This document shows positions 38,856-50,539 of a stretch of 64,000 nt of DNA, piece after piece. The stretch is taken from contig NC_087436.1 in assembly GCF_036321535.1 (NCBI RefSeq), positions 43,774,001 through 43,838,000 of the forward strand. Reading direction: 5' to 3'. The translations under genes were made by a program, and so were the position numbers. Source of the stretch: Camelus dromedarius (taxonomy: Eukaryota). Within the stretch, counting starts at the first letter, position 1, and each line of letters starts with the position of its first letter. The notes beneath the pieces are model-generated. The model searched no databases. It saw only the letters and a program-made list of their open reading frames with translations, and was not told the DNA's origin.

Positions 38856-39769
38856 GTGCCTCTTTTTAAAAAACTTTGCATTATAATAAATCATTCCCCC
38901 ATGTTACTGCTGGCTGTATAATCATCACTATTGACATAAATATGTTAATCACTAAATATTATGTTGTGTGGGTATACCATAATTTAGTCATTTTTCTAGC
39001 ATTGACCATTTAGTTGTTTCCAATCATAAAGAATGACCCTTTGAGCATTTTTATACCTAATACTTTTTATCAGAGGTTTCACATGCCCACTGACTTAGAC
39101 TTATCCACAAATTTTGTGCCTTAAAGAGTATTGGGGATTGATTTTTTTTTATATGTTTTTCCCCTACAGAAGATAACTTTGTCCATGTGATCATTAATCC
39201 TGCATTTTATTATGTATTGTTAATAGAGTACCTTGTAACAATTCAAGATGTTTAAACAATATTATAGAACATTTTGCAAATAAAAACATGCTCCAGGAGA
39301 GCCCTACAGTAGATGGGAGTTGGATTTTGTGATGTATTAACAAAATCAGAAACTTCTTTGAAGATTCAGAATGAAAAATGGCTTGTACCTAAGGAGGAAA
39401 GTTAATAAATGAGTCATCAACAACAGTTTTTAAATTTTTAAAGATTTTTTTTCAATTTAGTGTTAGGCCAACTCCTTATAGGTTATGAAAGCATAGTGTT
39501 GATGCCAAACTAATTATTAGACACTAAGTCTAAGATCTGATGTTTTATATTTTATAATTTTCTGATATAATAAGTTTACCATGAAAATATTTTTAGTAAT
39601 TAAAAAAAATTATTTCTATTTATAGTCTGTTTTATCATGGTTGTAATTCATTTACTAAGTGTACAATATGGCAATATTTTTAAGCTTTAAAATATTGTTG
39701 TGGATTTTGTTCCCCTAGGAGAAAAAATGCTGTTTTAATTTCTTATTTTTCTGCATTTAAATTCCTTAG

Positions 39770-39946
39770 GGTCACAAGCCAGTTCTATTGAGAACCCAGT
39801 ACCGTTGTCACCCTATAATCAGTGCTGTTGCTAATGATCTGTTTTACGAAGGAAGCCTCGTGAATGGCGTTTCAGAAACAGAGAGGAGCCCTTTACTGGA
39901 ATGGCTACCAACCCTGTGCTTCTATAACGTTCAAGGACTGGAGCAG
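39770..39946 (+). CDS. ZGRF1: ZGRF1 exon with LRTQYRCHP motif
   Basis: QYR motif; ttccttag acceptor, CAG|gtaatg donor, 177 nt, phase 0/0. Confidence 0.95.
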
Positions 39947-40080
39947 GTAATGACATTAATGGTGATGAGAGTCAACACAGTTTAGTTTCCTGGTTTAATT
40001 TTGTTATTATTTGTGTGATTTTCTTGGTCTTTCCATAGCCTTTCTGGGAAATATAATTTAGGATCTGTTTCTTATTCCAG

Positions 40081-40215
40081 ATTGAAAGAGATAACAGCTT
40101 TCATAATGTGGCAGAAGCTGCTTTTACACTCAAGCTGATTCAATCATTGGTTGCAAGTGGAATAGCAGGCTCTATGATTGGAGTGATAACATTATACAGA
40201 TCCCAGATGTACAAG
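40081..40215 (+). CDS. ZGRF1: ZGRF1 exon (IERDNSFHNVAEA...IGVITLYRSQMYK)
   Basis: ttattccag acceptor, AAG|gtttgt donor, 135 nt, phase 0/0. Confidence 0.94.
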
Positions 40216-40906
40216 GTTTGTATTACATATTATATTTACCCTATATTAAATATAACCTTATATTACAATACTTGATATTACATTTGTAGTAGTTTGGTTT
40301 GGTGCTTGAAAAACTTTGGGGAATGTAGTTAATTATTAAAAAAGCATTCAGGTTTTTGTCTGGTCTGGCTTTTTTTCTGTATAATTAAATATAAACCTAA
40401 CAAGGTTTAATTAAATTCAGTTTACAGCTGTTGGGGCAAAAATGCAAATAAACAAATTAGAGGGAAGGAAATATGGTGTATGCTTTGTGTTTTGGGACAG
40501 ATGGGATTGAATCTCTGTTTTCTGAAATGTTCTTTCATTATTATTGTATTTTATCACTAAATCAAAGATAGATACCAGATATTAATGTACACACAAGCCA
40601 ATTACTTCTAACTAGTTTTTATTTATATTTATTTTTACTATTTTTCATGTTTCATTATTAGTCAACTCTAAATTAGCATATCCAAATGAGTTTCCCAGCA
40701 ATAGATAACACATCACCTTGATTTTTGTTCCATAATTTATATTATCATCAGGTTATTTACCTATCATTTTAGAAACTAGCCAAATCTCTGTGACAATGAA
40801 ATTATCCGCTATTTGTTAAATTACAGTGGCTACTGTGGGCACGTTGAGAGGCCCAGGTTCTTTATGATCTGTGCACTGCATGGTCCTTGTCTTCTTTCCT
40901 CCATAG

Positions 40907-41168
40907 CTTTGTCATTTACTCAGTGCCACGGACTTTGACCATCCTAACATGAAAGCTGTGCAAGTGTCCACAGTAGATGCTTTTCAGGGAGCTGAAAAGG
41001 AGATCGTTATTCTGTCCTGCGTAAGGACAAGACAAGTAGGGTTTATTGACTCAGAAAAAAGAATGAATGTTGCATTGACCAGAGGAAGAAGGCATTTGTT
41101 GATTGTGGGAAATCTAGCCTGTTTGAGGAAAAATCGACTATGGGGCCTTGTGATTCAACACTGTGAAG
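40907..41168 (+). CDS. ZGRF1: ZGRF1 exon with motifs V/VI (TVDAFQGAE, RMNVALTRGR)
   Basis: SF1B motifs; ttcctccatag acceptor, AAG|gtaaaa donor, 262 nt, phase 0/1. Confidence 0.96.
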
Positions 41169-41343
41169 GTAAAATAAAAATGTGTTTAATTCAAGCATTT
41201 TGAATTAAAACTGACTTTTGGGTTAGTGCTTGGGGTGGTTCAGGAAGAAACAGCTCTGAATTTGCCACTGTGGGAGGTGACTGCAATGCTGACATGGAGC
41301 CCACTGTAGAACATAGTTGTCTCATGTTTCCTGTCTTTCTAAG

Positions 41344-41489
41344 GGAGGGAAGACGGATTGCAGCATGCAAGCCAGTATGAACCACAGCTGAACCATCTGC
41401 TTAAAGATTATTTTGAAAAACAAGCAGAAGAAAAACAGAAGAAAAAGAGTGAAAAAGATAAATCTCATTCACAAAAAGACGTGGTATAG
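41344..41489 (+). CDS. ZGRF1: ZGRF1 last coding exon (GREDGLQHASQYEPQL...KDKSHSQKDVV*)
   Basis: tctttctaag acceptor, phase 1, TAG at 41487-41489. Confidence 0.92.
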
Positions 41490-41583
41490 TTTGTATTTAT
41501 ATAAATTCACATTCATTTTACACTATACATTTTCATATTTTTATTACCTGAAAACCCTTATTATTAAAAAAGTACAATATTTA

Positions 41584-41676
41584 AATAAAATTATACACAT
41601 ATAAAAAATTTGCTCTTCAAAAACTTAATTACGTTATTAAGATGTTTGTTGATAATGTAAAAATCTTACTAATAAA
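41584..41676 (+). terminator. Candidate ZGRF1 polyadenylation signals (AATAAA at 41584 and 41671)
   Basis: Two AATAAA hexamers 95 and 182 nt after the stop, in an AT-rich 3' UTR. Confidence 0.55.
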
Positions 41677-43253
41677 TTTTTTCTAAAAAATTATGACTTC
41701 TGTTTGCTAAAGAAATGAATTTTATAAGGAGCAGGGGAAAGCCTTTAAGGGGAATACCAATGTTACTTCAAAAATAAGTGATTATCTCAAAAGCCCATCT
41801 ATTAGAACGTGTCTACACAGTTACACCAACACACTCCTTTCTAAACTACAGCTCTGTCAGAATCTTTTAAAAATAAATACAATGCCCTGTCATAAGTAAA
41901 AACATTCACAATAAAGCCTTTAAGAAGTACAAAAGAAAGATGAGAAATGAACTAAAAATTCATTCCTGGAGATAGTTGTACTCAACATGGGGCCATGGCC
42001 AGTACCAGACCAGACCTGATCTAGCAGGTGCTGAATAAATGTCTGTTGGATGAATGAATGGATGGATGATGGACTACCTCATTTCCTTCTCATCTTTTTC
42101 CTGTGCATTTATTTGCACAGTAGCTATTGGTATATATAGTATACAATAGATTTTAAAATATTATAAAAAGAATACGTTCTCCTTATAGAAAATTTGCAAA
42201 ATATAGAAGAGTATACAATAGAGAATAAAAAGCACATGAGATTCACTACCCAGAGATAATCTTTGCTAACATATTGCTTCAGTCTTTTTCCTATGCTTAT
42301 ATTCTATACCTATATATGTAAATTAGTTAAACCATTTGTTGTGTGATTTTTCGACATTATTAACAAAGGAACATTTACTCATTCTACATAGGGAAATGAC
42401 AAGGGCTTGATTATAACTACTATCAATGAATTTATGTTTTTACCAGTTAAAAAAAAAACTCTGTGACCCAAGTTAATATTCATTTGAAAGATGCAGCAAA
42501 CAGCTTATTTGAATTACTGTAAAAAATGACCAGTCTACCTTTATGAAACTTAAAAACTGAGAAAAACTCTGCTTTTGTTTGGGAGAAAAATAAATCTAAC
42601 AAACAGACAAAACTTGTAATTCTCTGAGCCTTGTCCAAAATGTGTTCATGATTGCAACAGCAGGTGCTCTTTTAAGCATTCATCTAAACTGTGACGAGGG
42701 AGATGTGACTCCCAACAGTCCTCACACTGAGTGAGACACAGCTGAAGGCAGCACTAGAGAGCCATGCTTTACCCCTGAGCTGTACAATCTGACAACACAT
42801 ATTTCAACTGGACTCATCACTGCTGCTGCCCAAATTTCCCCCATTTTTCATTTCTTGAATCAATATGTTCTTGGCCAGCTGGAGCTAGGTCTCAAGTAAC
42901 TCTTTCCAAAGAGAGTGTATAGGTGATACATCTTTTTGAGGCTTTACAGATCTAAGGATATGTTTGTTACATATGAGAGCTATCTAAACTCAATGGGAAT
43001 TGCCCTCAGCTTCACTTCCTGTTTGTTTGGATGACAGCTGAATTTCCATCTCAGATCTACATCTGGATGGCAGACTGATTTTGCTCCTGGTCTGACTCCT
43101 ACTGGTTTTCATCTAAAACCGCTCTAATACAGTCTTCCGCACCAGTGCTCACACTATCATTAGTTCCTCCATCCCCTCTGCCTCTCATTTTCTCAGTTTT
43201 TAAGGAATTCTGATTTCTGCAATGATGTAGGAAGAGGTCTAGATGGTGTTGAG

Positions 43254-43445
43254 CAGGATTTCTCGACTTCAGCATTCTTGACATTTTGAGCCAGATAATT
43301 CTTTGTTGCAGGGGGCTGTTCTGTGCCTGACAGGATGTTTGGCAGCCTCCCTGGTCTCTGCCCACTAGAAGCCAGTTGCCCCTTCCCCTCAAGCTGTGAC
43401 AGCTACAGCTGTCTCCAGTCATTGCCAAATATTCCACTGTAGAGA
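43254..43445 (-). mobile_element. MER20 hAT-Charlie element
   Basis: ttgacattttgagccagataattctttgttg...ggatgtttggcagcctccctggtctctgcccactag matches the recalled MER20 reverse complement. Confidence 0.85.
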
Positions 43446-43726
43446 GTGAGCCCAGCCTCCATCCTAGCTATCACTGAAAAAGGCACTTCAGAAATATGGC
43501 TGCTCCATTTCCTAGTCAGTATAGATCTTGTATTTTTGATCCAGAAAACATCATAAAGGAAAGCAAAGGGTCTTTTTATTTTCAGGTGGGCATGCCTGCC
43601 CATTTCTAATGGCATTACAGAGGTAGTCCACCAAACATGCTTTCAGTCCAGTTCTGTCATCCCTGCAGCTCATGACTCTTCCAACTTCTGATAACAGGTC
43701 AGCTGTAAGTGTCAAATACTTACCTT

Positions 43727-46623
43727 GAGGGAAGGGCCAAGATGACAGAGTAGAAAGACCCTGAGCTCACTTCTCATGAGCACACTAAAATCACCACTAT
43801 CTGCTGAACAACTATCAATGAGAAAGACTGGAACCTACCAGAAGAGGTCTTCCACCATGAAAGACATAAAAAAGGAGCCACAAGACAGGTAGGAGGGGCA
43901 GACTTGGATATAATCAAACTCAACACCCTCCTGGGTGGGCGACCCACAGACTGGAGAATAATTATATAATTATATGGGAGAACCTGCAGAGGTCCCCCCA
44001 CGTGAGAAAGAGTTCTGAGCTTCCCAGCCCCAGGGCCCAGCAGTGGTAAGACAAGCTCCTAGAGCATTTGGCTTTGAAGGCCAGCAGGGCTAAACTGCGA
44101 GAGTTCCACAGGACTGGGGGGAATGGAGAACTCACTGTTTGTTGTTGTTTTAGCCCTTCCAACCACAAGACTTCATGATTCTATAGTCATAAACTCTACA
44201 CCTATCTATTTTTGTTGTTGAGAACTCACTCTTAAAGGGCACAAAGTCTCATGCACATCAGGACCTGGGGCAAAGCAGTAATTTGATAGGAGCTGGGCCA
44301 GACCCACCTGCTGGTCTTGGAGAGTCTCCTGGAGAGGCGGGGCCGGGGGAGGGGGGCTTCAGCTCATCCTGGGACACAGGCACTGGTGGCAGATGGACTG
44401 GTGGAACATTTAGCCATGAACACTGCTGAAGCTGGTGGCTAACATCTTAGCTCATGAGCATGAACAAAGCACCACCCAACAGCCTGCAAACACAAGTGAT
44501 GGGACAGCTCAGGCCAAACATCCAACTGGGTGGGGACACAGACCCACCCATCAGCAGACATGCTGCCTAAAGACTTAAGAGCCCACAGCCACCTCTGAAC
44601 TTGCCCCTAGACATGGCCCAACCCACCTGAGGGCCAAGACCCAGCTCCACCCACCAGTGGGCAGGCACCGGCCCCTCCCACCAGGAAGCCTACACAAACC
44701 TCCAGATAAGCCTCATCTACCAGGGTGCAGAAACCAGAAGCAAGAAAAGCAGGATCCCACAATACAGGCCAGATCCTACTCTGGGACCAGCCAGGCCCTG
44801 ACCCTGCCCATTAGCAGGCCAATGCAACCTCTGGGACACCCCAGACCCCAGTCCAACTGTCAGCAACCAACCCCTCCTCCCCGGCCCCATCCCCACCAAT
44901 AATCTGAAACAAGCTCTAGGATTCCTGGTCCCTGCAGCCAGACTCCAGGAACCAGCTCTGTCTGCCGTTAGATGGGCATTAATCCCAGAATCTGGCTTCA
45001 CCTGCCAGTGGGTGGGCAACAGCCCCAGAGTCTTCAGGACCCTAACTCTGCCCACCAGTGAGCCAGCACTAGCCCTGGGATCCCCAAGGATTCAGCAACC
45101 AACCACCTTGTAACCAGGCACCACTAAACAATAACCAGCAGCATCTGCAAGGCAGACCACCCACAGATCAACAAGACTAGGGTCCAATCAAGCCAACCAG
45201 ACCACCCACACAGTCAGCCCACCTCAACAGAAGGACCCATGCAGGCCCACTAAGGGGAACGCCTAGAGCATACAGCTTGGGTGATGAGGGAGGAGTACAT
45301 AGCTGGGATGCATAGGGTGACTCCTACAGAGCACCACTTCTTCAAGCCCAAGAAACAACTAACCTACCACATACATAGAAATACAAATAGCAACTTAGAC
45401 AAAATGAGGTGGCAGAGGAATATGTTACAGACAAAGGAGCAAGACAAAACCCAAGAATAAGAACTAAGTTAAGTGGAGACAGGCAATCTACCCAAGAAAG
45501 AATTCAGAGTAATGATTAATAAAGATGATCAAAGAACACAAGAGGTGAATGGATGCACAGAGCAAGAAGTTAAAATTTTCAACAGAGTTAGAAAATATAA
45601 AGAACTACCAAACAGAGATGAAGAATACAATAACTAAAATGAAAAATACACTAGAAGGAATCAATAGCAGACTAAATGATTCAGAAGAACATATCACTGA
45701 GCTGGAAGACAGAGCGGAGGAAATCACGGCCACTGAACAGAAAAAAGGGAAAAAAAGAATGAAAAGAAATGAAGACGATTTAAGAGACCTCTGGGACAAT
45801 ATCTAGTACACTAATATTCACATTATATGGGTCCTAAAAGCAGAAGAGAGAGCGAAAGGGCCTGAGAAAATATTTGAAGAGATAACAGATGAAAACCTAA
45901 CAGAGGAAAGGAAATAGTCCCCCAAGTCCAGGAAGCACAGACAGTCCCATACAGTATTAATACCAAGACACAATGCAATCAAATGACAAAAATTAAAGAT
46001 AAAGAGAATACTAAAAGCAGCAAGGGAAAAGCAACAAATAACATATAGGGAACTCTCATAAGGCTATCAGCTGATTATTCAGCAGAAACTCTACAGGCCA
46101 GAAGGGAGGGGCACGATATATTTAAAGTGATGGAAGGGAAAAACCTACAACCAAGAATACTCAACCTAGCAAGGCTCTCACTTAGATTTAACGGAGAAAT
46201 CAAAAAAGTTTTACAGACAAGCAAAAGCTAAAGAAAATCAGCACCACCAAACCAGCTTTACAACAAATGTTAAAGGAACTTCTCTAGGTAAAAAAGAAAA
46301 GGCCAAAACCAGAAAAAAAAAAATTATGTAATGACTATAGTTACCAAAGGGGATGGAGGGTGGGAGGGATAAATTCAGAACGTGGGATTAACAGACACAT
46401 TCTACTATATACAAATTAGATAAACAAGAAGGACCTACTGTATAGCACAGGGAACTATATTCAGGTTCTTGTAATGAGCTATAATGGAAAAGAATCTGAA
46501 GAGATGTGTGTGTATGTGTTTGTGTATATATATATATATATATAAAACTGAATCACTTTGATGTATGCCTAAGACTAACGTTGTAAATCAACTACACTTC
46601 AAAAAAGAAAAAAAAGAAAGAAA
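43727..46623 (+). mobile_element. L1 with 5' UTR and decayed ORF1 joined directly to 3' UTR and poly(A); no ORF2
   Basis: caagatg-type 5' end; ORF 45549..45806 is the ORF1p coiled coil (MKNTLEGINSRL...LRDLWDNI); ORF1 end ttaaaggaacttctctag at about 46288; L1 tail from about 46335; A-rich tail 46601-46623. Confidence 0.85.
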
Positions 46624-46715
46624 TGCTAAAGTTAAAAAAAAATATTGTTACGGCCTTTTCCTTCTTATTTTTTAAAGTTTTATTGAGACATAGTTGACAT
46701 ATAACATTGTATACT

Positions 46716-46852
46716 TTTTGGGGGGAGGTTGGTGGTAATTAGGTTTTATTATTATTTTTTTTAACAGAGGTTCTGGGGAGGTTCTGGGGATTGAACCGAG
46801 GACCTTGTGCTTGCTAGGGAAGCACTCTACCACCGAGCTATACCCTCCCCCC
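46716..46852 (-). mobile_element. Vic-1-like tRNA SINE
   Basis: ggggattgaaccgaggaccttgtgcttgctagggaagcactctaccaccgagctataccc; internal gaggttctgggg duplication. Confidence 0.85.
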
Positions 46853-47109
46853 AGCCTTTTTCTTCTTGAAAATAGAAAAAAAGTTCATACTAATATACAG
46901 GGTTCAGACACTATATTTTTGCTCAAAATAGATCATGAGCCAAAAACAACTGTACAATGGTCAGTACCACCAAATCAGAAGACTGTTTTGATTTATTAAA
47001 TTAATCTTTTAAGAAACTACATTCCCTGGCTCCTCTTAGTCTTTGAAGGAAATAAGAAGTGAGCAGTAACTGTCCCTTGTTCCATTTCTGTTGTAACAGC
47101 CTTGGGGAG

Positions 47110-47632
47110 AAGAAATGAGTGAAGACCAGCAGGCAGGTCTGGCCCAGGCTCCTATGAAATCACTACTCCCACCCTTGGCCCCAGTGCACGTGAGACTCTG
47201 TGTGCGCTCCTTACCAGCAAGGTCTCTGCTTCCCCCGGTCCTGTGGAGCTCTGTGTGCGCTCCTTACCAGCAAGGTCTCTGCTTCCCCACTGGCCTTCAA
47301 AGCCAAATGCTCCGGGAGTTCCTCCTCCTGATGCCGGACCCCAGGCTGGCGAGCCTGACCTGGGGCTCAGAACTCTCACTCCTGTGGCTGAATCTCTGAA
47401 AAGTAATTATTCTCCAGCCTGTGGGTCGGTATGGGACCTGATCATATCACGAGCACTCCCCTCCTATCATCCAGCTGTGGTTCCCTCCTTATGTCTCCAG
47501 TTGAAGAAGATCTTCATTGGTAGGTTCTAGTCGTTTTTATCAATGGTTGCTCAGCCGTCAGCTGTGGTTCTGCTGTGTTCGTGAGAGGAGGCGAGCACGT
47601 GGTCCTACTCCTTTGCCATCTTGACCAGAACT
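47110..47632 (-). mobile_element. L1 5' UTR fragment, antisense, same family as the element at 43727
   Basis: Reverse complement starts ggtcaagatggc and shares gaacctacc and gagcatttggctttgaaggccag with 43735-44130. Confidence 0.8.
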
Positions 47633-50539
47633 CCCATAACAATAATTGACATAGAAAAATCTCCAAAACCCAGGCTAATGCTTGCTTTATCTTTTTCATT
47701 TCAAATTCAAAGGTATTTGATAGACACAAGTTGAATTTAAGGAGTAACCCATTCAATAAACATCAAATATTAAAATTTCTTATAATTTTACAATACACTT
47801 AAAATAATAGGCCAGTTTTACAGCTAGAGCCATCATATATCTATAGCTAATAATCAGATTAAAACAACATTTCCCATCTTGTGTTCAGTGAGTGACAGAA
47901 TTATATAAGAATGTTCTCTAGATTTTTATTACAAAAAAGGTCTAGTAGTTTATGCATCACATAATAAAGCAGAATGAAATTTCTAGGCTTTAATACACTC
48001 AGTTGCTTTTACTTTACACAGGATATGTGTATTAGGTATTTTCCGATTCCTTCACAAACATCACATTGACTTCTAGGGAGAAGAATAGGTATTTTCCCCA
48101 TTTTATAAATGATGAAGCCAAAGGTCAGAGGAATTGAAGTAACCCAGCTAATCTACCATAACTAGTCAGAGGCAGGGCTGGAACCCAGACTAACCCAGCT
48201 GAGGCTCCTCTGCGGCACTGCACTGCCTGCATGACACCTCACGTCACTTCAGCAAACCGTCAAAGACACAGAAACCAAACATTTTACAGTCCTCTTTGAC
48301 CCAACCAACCAGACTCATTTCCTGCTAATTTAACTTGGCTCATTTATTATGTAACATTTCATTAATAATTTGTTTGAACAATCTATACCTTCCTGGTAAA
48401 TAAATTTTGCTAAAAAATGGGATTATTAACTTTTCTTTGAAGGTCTTGAAGCTCTACATTTGCTATGAGAAGATGCGTTTGGATTTAATGAAGAAAAATG
48501 GATTATTAATAAAAATGTAGAAACAGTTGAGCTAGTGATTCTTTTCTTCTTATCAAAAGTTGGTTAAAAGCTAATAATTATGTTTCCTATTCTTCTCCAC
48601 TCTGCAGCCAACCCCTGTCCTTAGAAACATGCATTTCAATATTTAGGTTACTTGTGAAAAATCACAAGTTAAAATCTGAGTTTATGAAGCCCACCTTAAA
48701 ACTTCAAAATAAAACATAACTATGGTATTGTTCTTTAATATTTGGACAAAAAGAATGTTTGACTTGGAGATGCCAAAACAAGCCCCAAATGCTGCACACT
48801 CTTGACTGTGGTTTAATTTAAAGACAGCTGTGAAATAGCTTTATACTAATTTGATTTTTTTATATTAAATAAGAATGAAATGGAAATTGGTGATTTACTC
48901 GACAGATATTGGGCCCTGAAAATTAAATAATTGTTCTAAAAACATTAGCTCAACACTGATTTGAAATGCCTGCTTTGTAATTAGTCATGAGTGAAACGTA
49001 TGTTTAGTTCAAGTTGTGTTTTTGTTTTATATAGTAGCATGACTTGATTATAAAGTAAAGGAAAAATACAATCCAAATATCTCTGCAAAATTCTGAGTTC
49101 CTTTCATCCTGAAACACTAGTTAGGTTGATTTTTTAAAGTCTTCTGTTAGTCTCTTAATTATCGATATCCCTTACTATTCTACTTTCTAATTGGGCAAAT
49201 CTGGAGTTGATAATATAGTAAATAAAAGTGTGTGTGTGAAAAAAATCAGGGAACAGTCAGCTTTCAGGTTAAAGAATTAGTAGAGAAGACTTCCTAAGGT
49301 ACTTATTGCTTCTTTTAAAATAAAAACTTCAAGTATGTCGATTTTATTGGTTGAATTATGATGGATTTGTGGCTTCTTGGAATAGAACTGATTCTTTGGG
49401 TCAACTGAAGTCAGTGCATTCACTGAGCATCTACACTGTGGGTGGCTCTATGTTAAAGGAGAGCAGCTTGTTTCATTCTGGAACAGATATGTGCACCTTG
49501 TTTTACTTGCCACCTCAGGCATGCAGTATAGGTGAACTAGTTACATATCGCTCTACCCCTATATGGGGGCAAGACAAAGCTCTCCCTGATGGAGAAATCT
49601 GGGGGAATTCTTGAGATAAGAAAATCAGGCTTCTCTGGCCATTCTCGTGGAATGAATGCTTCTAAATAAACCAAGAACTAACATGGCCATGATGTGCTGG
49701 GAGCTCAGATGCCTTGTCCCCTACATCCTCAGGCTCCTTACCGCTAGAGTCAGTGTCAGGCTTTTAGGCTCTGGGTTCTGAGGTAGAGGCCAGATTTCTA
49801 AGGACCAGGTAAAGCAGTGAGAAGAAAAAGAGGGATGGATATGCATGGGGGTAGACACTTGGCTGACAAATTCTGAGGCATGAAAAGATCCTAGGTCTCC
49901 TGCCACAGATGGGGGTGTGTGTGTGTGTGTGTGTCTGTAAAATCAGGTGACATCTCCTACTGTCCTGTGACTTCTTCTAGGTATCACAGTGTTTGGAATG
50001 GAAAATGATAAACTTCCCAACCCACGTGGTGACATCACATGAGTACAGGATCAGGGCATCAGGCAAAGTGTAAGACGTTGCATGAGACTTGCTTTATGTG
50101 CTGGCGCACTCTATAAGCAAGCTGACTGAACATGAAGAACCAAGGACAAAACAGAGAACATACTGTGTAAGAGCCACACATACAACGTTATTGCCAATGG
50201 CTCTCCAGAATTATATTTTGCATTGATAATTCAAGACCAGCACCATCACAGCAGGTGCTCAGTGTGTAACCACTGGATAATATCATGTACAATGTCTGGT
50301 AATCTGCTTTTCTTTCTCTTTTTTTGATTGCCTTCTAAGCATTTTCTTCTGTATTAAAACACACACACACACACTCACACACACGGCTTGTTTCTCTTGC
50401 CATCCAGTATTGGTTCACATGTGCCTAAACATATATACGCTTGAAGCCTACCTTTATAAGTGGAGCATGAATAGCTCATTTTGTGTTCTGTTTTTATTCA
50501 TTATACCATTTACTTCCTTTTTCCTTGTTTTTTGTTTAA

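Noticed and set aside
45549..45806. Coiled-coil ORF as a novel gene
   Set aside because: It is a fragment of decayed L1 ORF1 with flanking stops and frameshifts
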